Shown: positions 45,990 through 56,209, counted from the stretch's first letter. The stretch: DNA of 60,488 bases from a virus (IMGVR_UViG_3300045256_000857:1-60488); one strand, 5' to 3'. Notes: generated by a model from the sequence alone, not told the origin. Program-made: numbers and translations.

Positions 45990-47091
45990 CCTCGCCGCGC
46001 TGCTCATTCCCAAAACCGCGACGCAGGTCAAGCAGCGCGTGATTAATGGCATTCAACTCGAGGGCGGGGCGAACGCCGCGGTCAGCGCGATCAACGACTG
46101 GGTGAACGGCGGCGTCGTGGAGACGCTGATTCAAAACGACGCGGACGTGCTCACCGACCTGTACGCGAACGTGCCGGTGATCGCCAGGAGCGGCTTCCTC
46201 GAGACCTCTGAAGGCGAGTGGACGGATGTCAACGCCGAAGACCAGTACCAACTCTCGCGCCTGCCCAGCCTGTTCGCGCGCTACCAACTCACCCTGACCG
46301 CGCAAGCGGGCAGCGGTCCGTACACGATCCAGCCCAATCAACTCTGGGCGACGACCGCCAGCGGCTTGCGGTACAACAACACGAACGGCGGCACGATCCC
46401 CGCAGGCGGGTCGCTGATCCTCACCTTCGTCGCGGAGAACCCCGGCGCGGCGTACAACGTCGCCACGGGACAGATCAACGCCCTGGTCACACCCCTCTCC
46501 GGCGTCACCGTCACGAACACCGGCAGCGCCCTGTTGAGTGCCGGGCGCGACGTGGAAACCGACGACAGCCTGCGCTCGAGATGCCGTCTGCAATGGGCGG
46601 AACTCGGCACGGGCTCGAGCCGCGACGCGTATGAAAGTTGGGCGCGCAAGGGCAGTCAGGCGGTCTCGAGGGTGCTCATCCGCGACCAGCACCCGCGCGG
46701 TCAAGGCACGGTGGACGTGGTGGTCTGGGGCGAGGGCGGCATCGGCACGGCGGACGTGGCAGCGGTCAACTCCTACGTCCAAGCACGCAAGCCGGGCGTG
46801 AGCGACGTGGCGGTCACGGCGGCGGTCGCGCAGACGGTGACGGTCACGGCGACTGTGTATGTGCGCGCTGCGAACCTCGCGGCGGCCCAGGCAGCGGTCG
46901 CCTTGAACTTCGTTGCCTTGGCAAAAAACACGCCCATCGAAGGCACGATTTACACCGACGCGATCAACGCCGCGATTCAAAACGCGCCCGGCGTGCGCAA
47001 CAACGACCTCTCCGCGCCCGCCGCCGATTTCAACCTCAACGCCTCGAGCGCTGCCCAGTACGTCCCTAACCTGACGTGGGTGACGATATGA
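45982..47091 (+). CDS. Baseplate J-like protein
   Basis: AENPGAAYN, GRDVETDDSLRSR, RGQGTVDV. Confidence 0.9.
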   Translation: MANLAALLIPKTATQVKQRVINGIQLEGGANAAVSAINDWVNGGVVETLIQNDADVLTDLYANVPVIARSGFLETSEGEWTDVNAEDQYQLSRLPSLFARYQLTLTAQAGSGPYTIQPNQLWATTASGLRYNNTNGGTIPAGGSLILTFVAENPGAAYNVATGQINALVTPLSGVTVTNTGSALLSAGRDVETDDSLRSRCRLQWAELGTGSSRDAYESWARKGSQAVSRVLIRDQHPRGQGTVDVVVWGEGGIGTADVAAVNSYVQARKPGVSDVAVTAAVAQTVTVTATVYVRAANLAAAQAAVALNFVALAKNTPIEGTIYTDAINAAIQNAPGVRNNDLSAPAADFNLNASSAAQYVPNLTWVTI

Positions 47092-47669
47092 CCCAGCGCA
47101 CCGACTACAAAACCCTGCAAGCCAAGCTCAGCCCGACGTGGCTGCGCAAGCCCGTTGCGCAAGGCTACCTGCGCGGACTTGGACGCAGCAAAGACGAACT
47201 CGTCGCGGAACTCGCGGACGCCGTGCGCATCAAATTCTTGCGCTTCATGGACGATGATGCACTTGCACTCAAAGGCGCGGAACGGTCGCTCGAGCGCTTC
47301 CCCGGCGAGGACACCGAGCGTTACCGCGCCAGGCTCCTGCGCGCGTGGGAGTTCTGGCGGCAGGCGGGCACGACGCTGGGCATTCAAGCCGCGCTGAGCG
47401 CGCTGGGGTACAACAGCGACATTCGCCCCGTGCGCGTGTACGACCCCGCGCGCTGGGCGGAGTTCGACGTGTGGCTCTACCCCGGCTCGAGGACGTACCC
47501 GAACACGCCGGAAGAGGCAGCGCTGATTCGCCGCGTCATCAACAAGTTCAAGACCGCGCACGAGAAGATCGGCAGCATCCGTTACGTCAGCAACACCCTG
47601 ACGTGGAACCCGCCGCTGAACTGGAACCCCGCTGGCGTCACCTGGGGCGACGCGCCGATCACGATTTAG
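47088..47669 (+). CDS. Baseplate wedge/tail protein I-like
   Basis: EDTERYRARL..AGTTLGI..FKTAH. Confidence 0.75.
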   Translation: MTQRTDYKTLQAKLSPTWLRKPVAQGYLRGLGRSKDELVAELADAVRIKFLRFMDDDALALKGAERSLERFPGEDTERYRARLLRAWEFWRQAGTTLGIQAALSALGYNSDIRPVRVYDPARWAEFDVWLYPGSRTYPNTPEEAALIRRVINKFKTAHEKIGSIRYVSNTLTWNPPLNWNPAGVTWGDAPITI

Positions 47670-47681
47670 AGGACACTCACC

Positions 47682-49535
47682 ATGCCCAAGACCCTGACCG
47701 CCGTAGACGCGTTCCTGACCAGCTTGCCGTCGTTCCCGATCAGCGGCAATGCGGAACCGCTGTCCATTGACAACCTCGAGCCGACGTTTCAACGCCTCTT
47801 AAACAACACCTTGCACCTGCACAACCGCACCTCGAGCCTCGAGAGCGGCGTGCGGCGCATCCGCCAGGTCGCGGGCATCGCCAACCTCTCGAGCCTGAGC
47901 ATCGTTGATGGCGAAGAGATCTTCGTCTCGCGCATCGGCATCTACGAGTACGTCGCGGGCAGCAGCACCACGGCGGACGGCTTGTGGATCGTCAACGGTC
48001 CGGGTGGCGTGGGGCGGTACTTCCATGAGTTGGCGGACACCAAGGGCGCGAACAACGGACTGGCAACCCTCACGTCGGCGGGAAGAGTCGCGCAGAACCC
48101 AGTGGATGGCAGCATCGTCACCGCGCACCTTGCTGATGCAAGTGTCACCAGCGCGAAAATTGCGGACGGCGCTGTCGGAAGCCCCAAACTCGCCGCGGGC
48201 TCGGTGATCGCGCATCTTGGATACACTCCTGTAAACCGTATCGGCGACACAATGACAGGCACGTTGTTCGGCACGCAATTCGTCACACGGCTTGGCACGG
48301 GCAATGTGGACGTGGTGCTGCAAACAGCGGGTGGGTCAACACGTTGGGGCATTTACAAGGAAGTAACCGAAGCTGCTGGAGACATCGGAAACGACCTCTG
48401 GGTTAATCGCTACAGCAACACTCAAGTTCTGCTCGGCACACCTGTCAAAATCAGACGTTCCGACGGATTGGTCACGCTCGAGAACGCACTCACTGTAGGG
48501 GGATTGAGCACGTTCAACGGCGGATTCTCGGGTACGTCGGGCATTCTGTCCGGCGCGCTCAACTTGGACAGCGCCCCTGGAGCCATCAAAGTTGCCCTGC
48601 GCACGGCGGCGGGCAACCAACGCTGGGTCATGGCATTGGAAAACTCGGAAGCTGGCGGCAACATCGGAAACGATTGGGCACTGTTACGCTATGACAATAC
48701 GAACGCGTTTTTGTCGCGCCCAATCCGCATTCCCCGCAACACGGGCATCCCTGTCTTCGACGCGGGTTTCTCTTCCCCCGGCGTTCCAACGTTCGACGCT
48801 GGTGGCATTGCCGCACAGTTTCGCGCGTCAGCAGCAAACAACTTCGTCGGGGTCGGCCTTTACGGTGACAACTCGAATTTGACCACGCGTCACGCGTACA
48901 TCGGACAGCCCTCGCCAGGCGTGCGTGACCTCGTGATTCTCAATGACGTGCTAAACGCGAATATCTCGCTAAGCACGACAGGCACAGGCGTTGTGCAGGT
49001 CAATGGAAATACGATTTGGCACGCGGGAAACTTCACGCCTTCAAACTACGCGACCTTGGCGGGCACACCAAACTTCACTGGCACACCGACGATTCAAGGG
49101 CAAACCATCTGGCGCTCTGGTAACTTCGATCCCTCTAGCTACCTGACCACGGCCACAGCGGCGAGCACCTACGTCGCTTTGACCGGCGCGCAAACCGTCG
49201 CTGGCGTGAAAAACTTTTCCTCGATACCTACTATCTCCAGTCAGCCGGTCCCGCGTCGTACTGGCTCCGTATCAACGACGACGAGTGCATTCTCGATCCC
49301 GGCGAACGGTCAAGTCTCAACAACCATTGCACTAGGTGTTTCGGCAGGCACGGGAAGCATGTTGTGCATCAACAGACTGTCAGCCCAGTCATTGAATTCG
49401 GCCGACCAACTCGCTCTAAGAGCATGGGCATGGACTGGTACTGATCTCACTGTGATCGTGTCGAATCTTCGCTCGGTAGCGACTGGAACCGATGTGCAAG
49501 TCACCCTGGAATGCGAAATCCTCAAATACAACTGA
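47682..49535 (+). CDS. Tail fibre protein
   Basis: Follows the baseplate; IVTAHLADASVTSAKIADGAV repeats, IWHAGNF motifs. Confidence 0.82.
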   Translation: MPKTLTAVDAFLTSLPSFPISGNAEPLSIDNLEPTFQRLLNNTLHLHNRTSSLESGVRRIRQVAGIANLSSLSIVDGEEIFVSRIGIYEYVAGSSTTADGLWIVNGPGGVGRYFHELADTKGANNGLATLTSAGRVAQNPVDGSIVTAHLADASVTSAKIADGAVGSPKLAAGSVIAHLGYTPVNRIGDTMTGTLFGTQFVTRLGTGNVDVVLQTAGGSTRWGIYKEVTEAAGDIGNDLWVNRYSNTQVLLGTPVKIRRSDGLVTLENALTVGGLSTFNGGFSGTSGILSGALNLDSAPGAIKVALRTAAGNQRWVMALENSEAGGNIGNDWALLRYDNTNAFLSRPIRIPRNTGIPVFDAGFSSPGVPTFDAGGIAAQFRASAANNFVGVGLYGDNSNLTTRHAYIGQPSPGVRDLVILNDVLNANISLSTTGTGVVQVNGNTIWHAGNFTPSNYATLAGTPNFTGTPTIQGQTIWRSGNFDPSSYLTTATAASTYVALTGAQTVAGVKNFSSIPTISSQPVPRRTGSVSTTTSAFSIPANGQVSTTIALGVSAGTGSMLCINRLSAQSLNSADQLALRAWAWTGTDLTVIVSNLRSVATGTDVQVTLECEILKYN

Positions 49536-49538
49536 GTT

Positions 49539-49997
49539 TCAAGGTTTCACGTCTCGAGGGTTTGGGATACACGGCGCGTCGTACAACAGGGGATTGAACG
49601 ACTCGCCGCAGGCGACTGTGTAGGCTCGAGCAAACGCCTCCGCGAATCCTTCGTGCGGGCTCGAGTAATACTCTCCAAACGCTGCACCCTCATCATGCCA
49701 ACCGTTGTGCGTCCAACCAAGCTCGAGCCGGTCCAGGCAGTGTCCTACTTCGTGCGCCACGATGTGCCCGAAGGCAGGTGTCGGCAAGTAATTGCGATGC
49801 ACATGAACAATGCACTCACCGACCGTTGTCGCAAAGCCGCTCATGTCAGCGGGTCCACCCGTGTACAGCTTGAGCGTGATCGAGTGCCCACGAACCCGTA
49901 ATTGCGACTGCTCTCCGGTCAATCGCACAGACATGAACGCCAGTTGATTGCATGAAGCGAGCACACAAACCAGTAATGCACCAATGATAATTTTCAT
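49539..49997 (-). CDS. Lipoprotein with a zincin HExxH motif (moron)
   Basis: Lipobox LASC; HEVGH ... EGFAE. Confidence 0.7.
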   Translation of the reverse strand: MKIIIGALLVCVLASCNQLAFMSVRLTGEQSQLRVRGHSITLKLYTGGPADMSGFATTVGECIVHVHRNYLPTPAFGHIVAHEVGHCLDRLELGWTHNGWHDEGAAFGEYYSSPHEGFAEAFARAYTVACGESFNPLLYDAPCIPNPRDVKP

Positions 49998-50160
49998 GTC
50001 GTAGCGCCTCCAAGCGCTGCCAGCCCCTCGGACGTGCCACCGTCGCGGGGGGCGCTTACTGCCGAGCAGTGTACACGCTCAAAGCAGCTTGCTTGGTGCG
50101 AGCGTCACGCAAGTGACCTGAAACGATTCAGCACGCATTCAGGTTTTTTACCGTGTGCGC

Positions 50161-50454
50161 GTGAACGTCACTGGACTTGACCCGTACACCGAAGCCGCCA
50201 CCGACGCGCTCGCTGCGGACGTGGGGCAATACGCCAAGACCAACGCGTTACTGCTCGCGGAAGTGCGCGGGTTGCAAGCGCGACTGGGTGCGTCCGAAGC
50301 CGCCCGCGCCGACCAAGCCCTCGAGATCGAGGTGCTGCGCGACGGCTTGAGCAAGGAGGACCTCGACGCGGTCGCTGCGGAACTCACCAAGCGCCGCGAG
50401 GCTCGAGACGCCGCTCAACGTCAGGCGGTGACGCCCAGTGCCCAGCCGCAATGA
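50161..50454 (+). CDS. Coiled-coil hypothetical protein
   Basis: About 97 aa; TACCGT 6 nt before GTG. Confidence 0.65.
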   Translation: MNVTGLDPYTEAATDALAADVGQYAKTNALLLAEVRGLQARLGASEAARADQALEIEVLRDGLSKEDLDAVAAELTKRREARDAAQRQAVTPSAQPQ

Positions 50455-51049
50455 AGCCGACCTGCACCCCGCGCTGCAAGAAGTCTGGCGCGAAGGTCAG
50501 CGCTTGGCCAAAGCGGAGTTGAACACCGACATCTTCTTGACTTGCACGCACCGCAGCAACGAAGAGCAGGGGCAGTTGTGGTTGATCGGACGCGACGGTC
50601 CGAACGACGACCGCCCGACGGTCACCAACGCGCGACCGGGGCAAAGCGCGCACAACGTCGCCCCGCCCGAAGGCGCGCACGCCTTCGACTTCGGTGTCTA
50701 CAACAGCGCGGGTCGCCCGACGTGGGAAGTCAGCCGCTTCATCGCCGTCGCCGCGATCTTCCGACGCTTGGGCGCGGATTGCGGCGCGTTCTGGGAGGAC
50801 TTCACCGACCCGCCGCACGTGCAAATGCCCGGTTGGAGGATCGGCAAGACCTACGGACCGAACTTCCGCTTCATGCCCAGAGGCGTGAAGGCGCGTCCGA
50901 CGCTCGAGCGCAAACCCATGCCGAAATTCGTGCGCGTCATGCGCGCGAGTGACAACGCGGAACTCACGACGGGGACCTTGATCGCGGACAAGGTGTACCT
51001 CGACGAAAACGACCTCAAACGCATCCGCGACGCCAAGGAGTCCACATGA
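50438..51049 (+). CDS. Endolysin, M15 family L-Ala-D-Glu peptidase
   Basis: RSNEEQ..VTNARPGQSAHN..AFD..DPPHVQ. Confidence 0.88.
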   Translation: MPSRNEADLHPALQEVWREGQRLAKAELNTDIFLTCTHRSNEEQGQLWLIGRDGPNDDRPTVTNARPGQSAHNVAPPEGAHAFDFGVYNSAGRPTWEVSRFIAVAAIFRRLGADCGAFWEDFTDPPHVQMPGWRIGKTYGPNFRFMPRGVKARPTLERKPMPKFVRVMRASDNAELTTGTLIADKVYLDENDLKRIRDAKEST

Positions 51050-51657
51050 CCACCGCCTTCCAGCAGGATTTCATCGCGCCCGCCCTGGATATTGTCAGCG
51101 TGCTCGAGAACGAAGCCGTTCCGGGGCCGGAGAAGCTCGTCAAGGTCGAGGACAACCTCGTCGTGGTGTTCGAGGCGGGCGACGACCTCGCGGTCAGCGT
51201 CCTGCCGCCCGTGGTGCGCGAGATCGCGCATTTCGCGGTGGACAACCCGGTCGTAGACAACTGGCAACGCGTGCTCGTCGCGCGCCCCGTCGCTGAGATC
51301 GTCGTGCAGGTGTACAAGGCGGCGACCGGCGCGCTCGAGACCGCCAGCGACTTCGTGAAAGGCATCGTCATGCCCGCCCGCGCGGTCATCGTGGAACTCG
51401 CCAGCGATACGCAAATGACCGGCGCGGAGAAGCGCGCGGCACTCGAGGCGCGCATCCTCGCGGTGCTCGAAGGCATTGAAAACATCGTGGATTTCCTGCC
51501 CGGCGGCTTGCGCGACTTCGCGCGGGTGCTGCTCTCGAGCGAGATCGTCAGCAACATCCGCAAAACCATTGCCGGGTTCCTCGGCGAAGTGCTCTACCAA
51601 GTCTGGGCGTTCCTGCACGCCCACCCCAGCGCGCCCGCCGCCGCGTTCGCGCAGTAA
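51046..51657 (+). CDS. Hypothetical lysis-region protein with an internal duplication
   Basis: PGPEKL and TGAEKR repeats; ATGA overlap. Confidence 0.65.
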   Translation: MTTAFQQDFIAPALDIVSVLENEAVPGPEKLVKVEDNLVVVFEAGDDLAVSVLPPVVREIAHFAVDNPVVDNWQRVLVARPVAEIVVQVYKAATGALETASDFVKGIVMPARAVIVELASDTQMTGAEKRAALEARILAVLEGIENIVDFLPGGLRDFARVLLSSEIVSNIRKTIAGFLGEVLYQVWAFLHAHPSAPAAAFAQ

Positions 51658-51699
51658 GCCCCTGACCCCTCACTCCCAGGTGACGCCCGGTGACGCAGT

Positions 51700-51996
51700 G
51701 TGAGCCAACAACAACCCCCCAAGGCGACGCGCAAGCGCCGCGCGAAAACACGTCCCCGACCGCACTGGGCTTGGTATCAAACGATCATCGCCGTCGTCGC
51801 CTTCGCCTCGAGCATCGCCATGCTCGCCCTGCTCACCGACTTCCTCGTGTCCGGGCGCGACGTGCCCGAGCGCTTGCTGGAACTGCTGCGCGCGTTCCTG
51901 ACCCTGGTCGGTACAGCTTTGGGCGCGGCACTCGGGGCGCGCACCGTAGCGAGTTTCGGCAAGAAGGACAAAGATGAACCTGACGCTGGCCATTGA
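51700..51996 (+). CDS. Two-TM membrane protein (holin candidate)
   Basis: Two hydrophobic segments, charged C-terminus, near the endolysin. Confidence 0.55.
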   Translation: MSQQQPPKATRKRRAKTRPRPHWAWYQTIIAVVAFASSIAMLALLTDFLVSGRDVPERLLELLRAFLTLVGTALGAALGARTVASFGKKDKDEPDAGH

Positions 51997-52267
51997 ACTG
52001 CTGATGCTGTTCGCCGCACCGATCACAGCGGTGTACGCGACCTACCGGGTGTTCATCGCACTCGTCGGACGGTTTAGGCCGTGGGAGATCGGCTTGCCCG
52101 GTTTCGGCGGGGCGGTGTGGTTGTTCAGCCAAGCGGTTCACGGCGTGGAGTTGTACCTGCGCTCGCAGGGCGACATTGATTACGCCCTAGGGATGGTCGG
52201 AATCATGCTGATGCTCACCCCGAAGGTGGTGGGGATGTTCCGGGCGGCGCAGGGCAATGGCGGATAA
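51974..52267 (+). CDS. Three-TM membrane protein (holin candidate)
   Basis: Hydrophobic 97-aa ORF. Confidence 0.55.
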   Translation: MNLTLAIELLMLFAAPITAVYATYRVFIALVGRFRPWEIGLPGFGGAVWLFSQAVHGVELYLRSQGDIDYALGMVGIMLMLTPKVVGMFRAAQGNGG

Positions 52268-52628
52268 GCCCGTCACGTTGAAGCGTCAACCCGCCCGCTT
52301 GGACCTCGAGGTCTACGCGGGCGACAGCTTCCCGTTCGAGATGACCGTGCCGATGGACTTGAATGGGTACTCGGTGCGGGTGCAGGCGCGCCGCGACAGC
52401 ACCTCGAGCGCGCTGTGGAGCTTCAGCACGGTCAACGCTCGAGTCACCGTGTCGCAAGTCGCGGTGAACCCGGTGAAGTACAAGGTCGCCTTCACGGTCA
52501 ACCCCACGGAAACCCGACTGGTCGGGGACGGACTCGCGTGGGACATGCAACTCGAGGCTCCGAACGGCGACACGCGCACGTGGTTGTGGGGCGAAGTGCG
52601 CAGCAAGGGAGATTACGCCCGTGCCTGA
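52257..52628 (+). CDS. Fibre adaptor (BppU-like) protein
   Basis: LEVYAGDSF..DLNGYSVRVQAR..WDMQL. Confidence 0.6.
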   Translation: MADKPVTLKRQPARLDLEVYAGDSFPFEMTVPMDLNGYSVRVQARRDSTSSALWSFSTVNARVTVSQVAVNPVKYKVAFTVNPTETRLVGDGLAWDMQLEAPNGDTRTWLWGEVRSKGDYARA

Positions 52629-54762
52629 CATCACCGTCAACACCGTGATGATCGAGGCCGTCATTGACGGTCAGACGGTGCTTGTGCCCGTGGAAGTCGG
52701 CATTCAGGGCCCGCCGGGCGGCGGTGCGAACCTCGGTGCGGCGTACAAAGGCGTGTACTCGAGCGCGACCGCTTACATCGGCGGGGATGTCGTCACGCTG
52801 GGCGGCTCGAGCTATGTGGCGCTCGCGCCGACGCAGGGCGTCGCACCACCGGCCGCACCGTGGGGCGTGCTGGTTTTGAAGGGCGATGCTGGCCCGCAAG
52901 GGGCGACGGGCGCGACAGGTCCGCAAGGGGCGACCGGAGCGCAAGGGCCTGCGGGAGCGACGGGGGCTCAGGGCGCGCAAGGGCTTCAAGGCGTCCAGGG
53001 ACCGCAAGGCAACCCCGGACCGCAAGGACCCACGGGCGCACCCGGCTCGAGCATTCGCAGCGGCTCGGGCAACCCGAGCAACGCCCTGGGCGCTGACGGC
53101 GACCTGTACGTCAACACCACGAGCGGCGACGTGTTCAAACGCGCTTCGGGCGTGTACGCCCTGGACGGCAACATTCGCGGCCCGGCGGGCGCGACGGGCC
53201 CAGCGGGGGCGACCGGCGCGACTGGGGCCGCCGGTCCGACCGGGGCCACAGGCGCACAGGGCAACCCTGGAACGCCGGGCAGCGTGTGGCGCTCGAGCGC
53301 CGCAAACCCGAGCAACGCCACGGGCGCGGACGGTGATTACCACCTGAACACCTCGAGCGGCGATGTATTCCGGCGTGTGTCCGGCGTGTACACGCTCGAG
53401 GGCAACATTCGAGGACCGCAAGGGGCGACGGGAGCAGCGGGCGCGACCGGCTCGCAAGGCGTTCAGGGCGCGCAGGGCAACCCCGGCGCACCGGGTTCCG
53501 TGTGGCGCAGTGGCGCAGCAGCGCCCAGCAACGGCACGGGCATTGACGGCGATTACTACCTGAATACGACCACGGGCGATGTCTCACTGCGCTCGAGCGG
53601 TGTGTACAACGTCGTTGGGAACATCCGAGGACCACAGGGGGCGACCGGAGCCACCGGCGGCACGGGGGCCACCGGCGCAACAGGTGCAGCGGGAGCACCC
53701 GGATCGGTGTGGCGCAACGGCTCGGGTGTGCCGAGCAACGCCACAGGCATAGACGGTGACTACTACCTGGACGGTGCGGCGGGCGATGTCTACCGACGTA
53801 ACAGCGGGACGTACAGCATCGTCGCCAACGTTCGCGGGCCCACGGGCGCAACCGGGGCTCAGGGCTTGCAAGGGAACACGGGAGCGCCGGGCAGCGTATG
53901 GCGCAACGGCGCAGGCGCACCCGTCAACGCCACGGGGGTGGACGGCGATTACTGGTTGAACACATCAACCGGCGATGTCTCGCAACGTTCAAGCGGCGTG
54001 TACACGGTGATCGGTAACATCCGAGGGCCGCAGGGTGCGACAGGAGCGACCGGCGCTCAAGGTCTCCAAGGCAACCCGGGCGCGGCAGGCGCGAACGGAA
54101 CCAACGGCGCGACCTGGCGCACGGGCAGCGGTGTGCCGAGCAACGCCCTCGGTGTGGACGGCGACCTCTACCTCGAGACTGCGAGCGCCGACGTGTACCG
54201 CCGTTCAAGCGGTGCGTATTCGGTGATCGCCAACATTCGCGGTGCGACGGGGGCGACCGGCGCGCAGGGAGTTCAAGGCAATCCAGGCGCGACCGGAGCA
54301 ACAGGCGCAGCGGGTGCTCCTGGATCGGTCTGGCGCACTGGTGCAGGCGCGCCCTCGAATGCCCTTGGTGTGGACGGGGATTACTACCTCAACAGCACCA
54401 ACGGCGACGTGCATCTGCGCTCGAGCGGGGCGTATGCCGTGGTCGCTAACATTCGCGGGCCACAAGGTGCGGCGGGTGGCGGCGGGGGCAGCTCGTGGAC
54501 GGAGACCGAGGTGGACTTCGGCTATCCGCCGGTCGCGCAGAAAACCGTGAACCTCGCCGATGCCGCGATCACCGCGAACAGCACCATCGTCGTCGTGCGG
54601 AGCGGCAAGCAGCCCACCGGAAAAGGCACTGACGAGCACGAGATGGAGCCGTTGATCCTCGCGGCTCGAGCCACGGGCGCGGGGCAGATGCGCGTGAGCG
54701 CCACCGCGCACAGCGGCAAGATCGGCGGCCGCGTGCGGATCGCGTATCAGGTTGTGGGCTAG
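52621..54762 (+). CDS. Collagen-like fibre protein with seven globular repeats
   Basis: G-X-Y runs alternating with W..G...PSN..G.DGDYYL...GDV...NIRG units. Confidence 0.88.
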   Translation: MPDITVNTVMIEAVIDGQTVLVPVEVGIQGPPGGGANLGAAYKGVYSSATAYIGGDVVTLGGSSYVALAPTQGVAPPAAPWGVLVLKGDAGPQGATGATGPQGATGAQGPAGATGAQGAQGLQGVQGPQGNPGPQGPTGAPGSSIRSGSGNPSNALGADGDLYVNTTSGDVFKRASGVYALDGNIRGPAGATGPAGATGATGAAGPTGATGAQGNPGTPGSVWRSSAANPSNATGADGDYHLNTSSGDVFRRVSGVYTLEGNIRGPQGATGAAGATGSQGVQGAQGNPGAPGSVWRSGAAAPSNGTGIDGDYYLNTTTGDVSLRSSGVYNVVGNIRGPQGATGATGGTGATGATGAAGAPGSVWRNGSGVPSNATGIDGDYYLDGAAGDVYRRNSGTYSIVANVRGPTGATGAQGLQGNTGAPGSVWRNGAGAPVNATGVDGDYWLNTSTGDVSQRSSGVYTVIGNIRGPQGATGATGAQGLQGNPGAAGANGTNGATWRTGSGVPSNALGVDGDLYLETASADVYRRSSGAYSVIANIRGATGATGAQGVQGNPGATGATGAAGAPGSVWRTGAGAPSNALGVDGDYYLNSTNGDVHLRSSGAYAVVANIRGPQGAAGGGGGSSWTETEVDFGYPPVAQKTVNLADAAITANSTIVVVRSGKQPTGKGTDEHEMEPLILAARATGAGQMRVSATAHSGKIGGRVRIAYQVVG

Positions 54763-54769
54763 GAGGCGT

Positions 54770-55021
54770 ATGGAACAAGAATATGAAGTACTCAGCGTCC
54801 CGGACACATTCGGGGTCATCGGTCCTGGAATCCACAGCGGCACGCCCGAGGAAATCGAGGGTCTACGCAGGCTTGGAGCGGTGCTGCGCGTGCGTCCCCG
54901 CGTGCGGATGCTGACCGCGCTCGAGCACAAGGGCGTGCGGTACGAACCGGGCGACGAACGCTGCTTCGATCCCGACATGGTGCGGGCACTCGTCGCGTCC
55001 GGCACGGCGGAGGTCATCTAA
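54770..55021 (+). CDS. Hypothetical protein
   Basis: 83 aa; AGGAGG Shine-Dalgarno. Confidence 0.65.
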   Translation: MEQEYEVLSVPDTFGVIGPGIHSGTPEEIEGLRRLGAVLRVRPRVRMLTALEHKGVRYEPGDERCFDPDMVRALVASGTAEVI

Positions 55022-55773
55022 TGGCAACCCTCGAGAAACCCAGCGGCGCAGAGCTTCGCCCGCGCGAGGATATGGTAATTACCGGCAACCTCGCCGCGCT
55101 CAACGCTGAGATCATTCTCGGCGTCGAGGGCGGCTCGGTCGCGGTGATTGACCTGCGCGGCGCGTTCGTCCTGACCGTGACGCTCAGCGGCACGCGCGAC
55201 GGTGTGAACTGGCTGGACATCCCGGTCATTCAGGAGGGCGGCGGTCAGTGGCTCGCCTCGATCACGGCGGTCGGGCTGTACGTGGCGCGCGTCGGCGGCT
55301 TCCTCCAGGTTCGTGCGCGCGTCACCGCGTACACCTCGGGCGCTGCTGCCACAGCGCTGGGCACGAGCTTGAGCACGATTGACCTCATCAACGCCCTGCG
55401 CCTCGAGCCTGCGACGCTCTTGGTGACGACCTACGGCACGGCGAACACAGCCACGACCTTGACCATCCCAGCGGCAGGCGCGGGCTTGTTTCACCAGTTG
55501 ACCAAGTTGATCGTGCGCGCGTTCAACGAATCCGCCTCTGCGATTGCCGCGTCCGCCGTGCTCAATATCACCACCGGCAACCTGCCGGGCACGCTGAACT
55601 TCCGTGCGAGCAACGACTTCCCCGCGTGGGCGATGCGTGAGTTGGTGCGCTTGGACTTCGACGCTGCACCACTACGCTCGAGCGCCGCGAACACCAATAC
55701 CACGGTGCTCGTGCCTGCGCTTGGGGCGGGCGTGCGCGCCGAGATTTTAGCCGTCTACAAAGTCGGTCGCTGA
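55021..55773 (+). CDS. Beta-rich putative structural protein
   Basis: 250 aa; SGTRDGVNW; TAATG overlap. Confidence 0.65.
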   Translation: MATLEKPSGAELRPREDMVITGNLAALNAEIILGVEGGSVAVIDLRGAFVLTVTLSGTRDGVNWLDIPVIQEGGGQWLASITAVGLYVARVGGFLQVRARVTAYTSGAAATALGTSLSTIDLINALRLEPATLLVTTYGTANTATTLTIPAAGAGLFHQLTKLIVRAFNESASAIAASAVLNITTGNLPGTLNFRASNDFPAWAMRELVRLDFDAAPLRSSAANTNTTVLVPALGAGVRAEILAVYKVGR

Positions 55774-55780
55774 AAGCGGC

Positions 55781-56209
55781 TTACTCGCAACGATCACCAC
55801 GGATGGCGGTGTAACCGGGCGAGAAGATGTTGGTCAGATCCCCGGTCGCCATCACGCACGACCCCTTGAAAAACCCAGCGCCCACGCGGAAGTACTTCGC
55901 GGCGGGCGCTTCCTTTGCCAGGGTGACGCTCGAGGTTCCAACCACGTCGCGCACGGCGATGCGGGGGTTGCTCAGGCTAATCCACCAGTTGCGCTTGGGG
56001 TTGATCTTCCATGTCGTCACCGTGACCAGTTCGGAGAACTTGAACGTGTAGGCGACGGTGTTGGTCTCACTGGTGCTCGAGTACTGCGAGGGCTTGAACG
56101 CCTTCGCGGGAACGCCGGAGCGCACGAGTTGCTCGAGGATCGCGCTGGGCTTGTCGGCAGCGCTGGCGGTGAGGGCGAGGGTCAAGGCGAGTGCGATGAA
56201 GTGTTTCAC
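55781..56209 (-). CDS. Secreted/periplasmic protein (moron)
   Basis: Signal peptide MKHFIALALTLALTASA; TACCCT 6 nt before GTG. Confidence 0.7.
   Translation of the reverse strand: MKHFIALALTLALTASAADKPSAILEQLVRSGVPAKAFKPSQYSSTSETNTVAYTFKFSELVTVTTWKINPKRNWWISLSNPRIAVRDVVGTSSVTLAKEAPAAKYFRVGAGFFKGSCVMATGDLTNIFSPGYTAIRGDRCE

Noticed and set aside
24907-47669. Transposable Mu-like phage
   Set aside because: Structural genes are Mu-like, but no MuA or MuB was seen; a tyrosine integrase and initiator/DnaC replication genes are present
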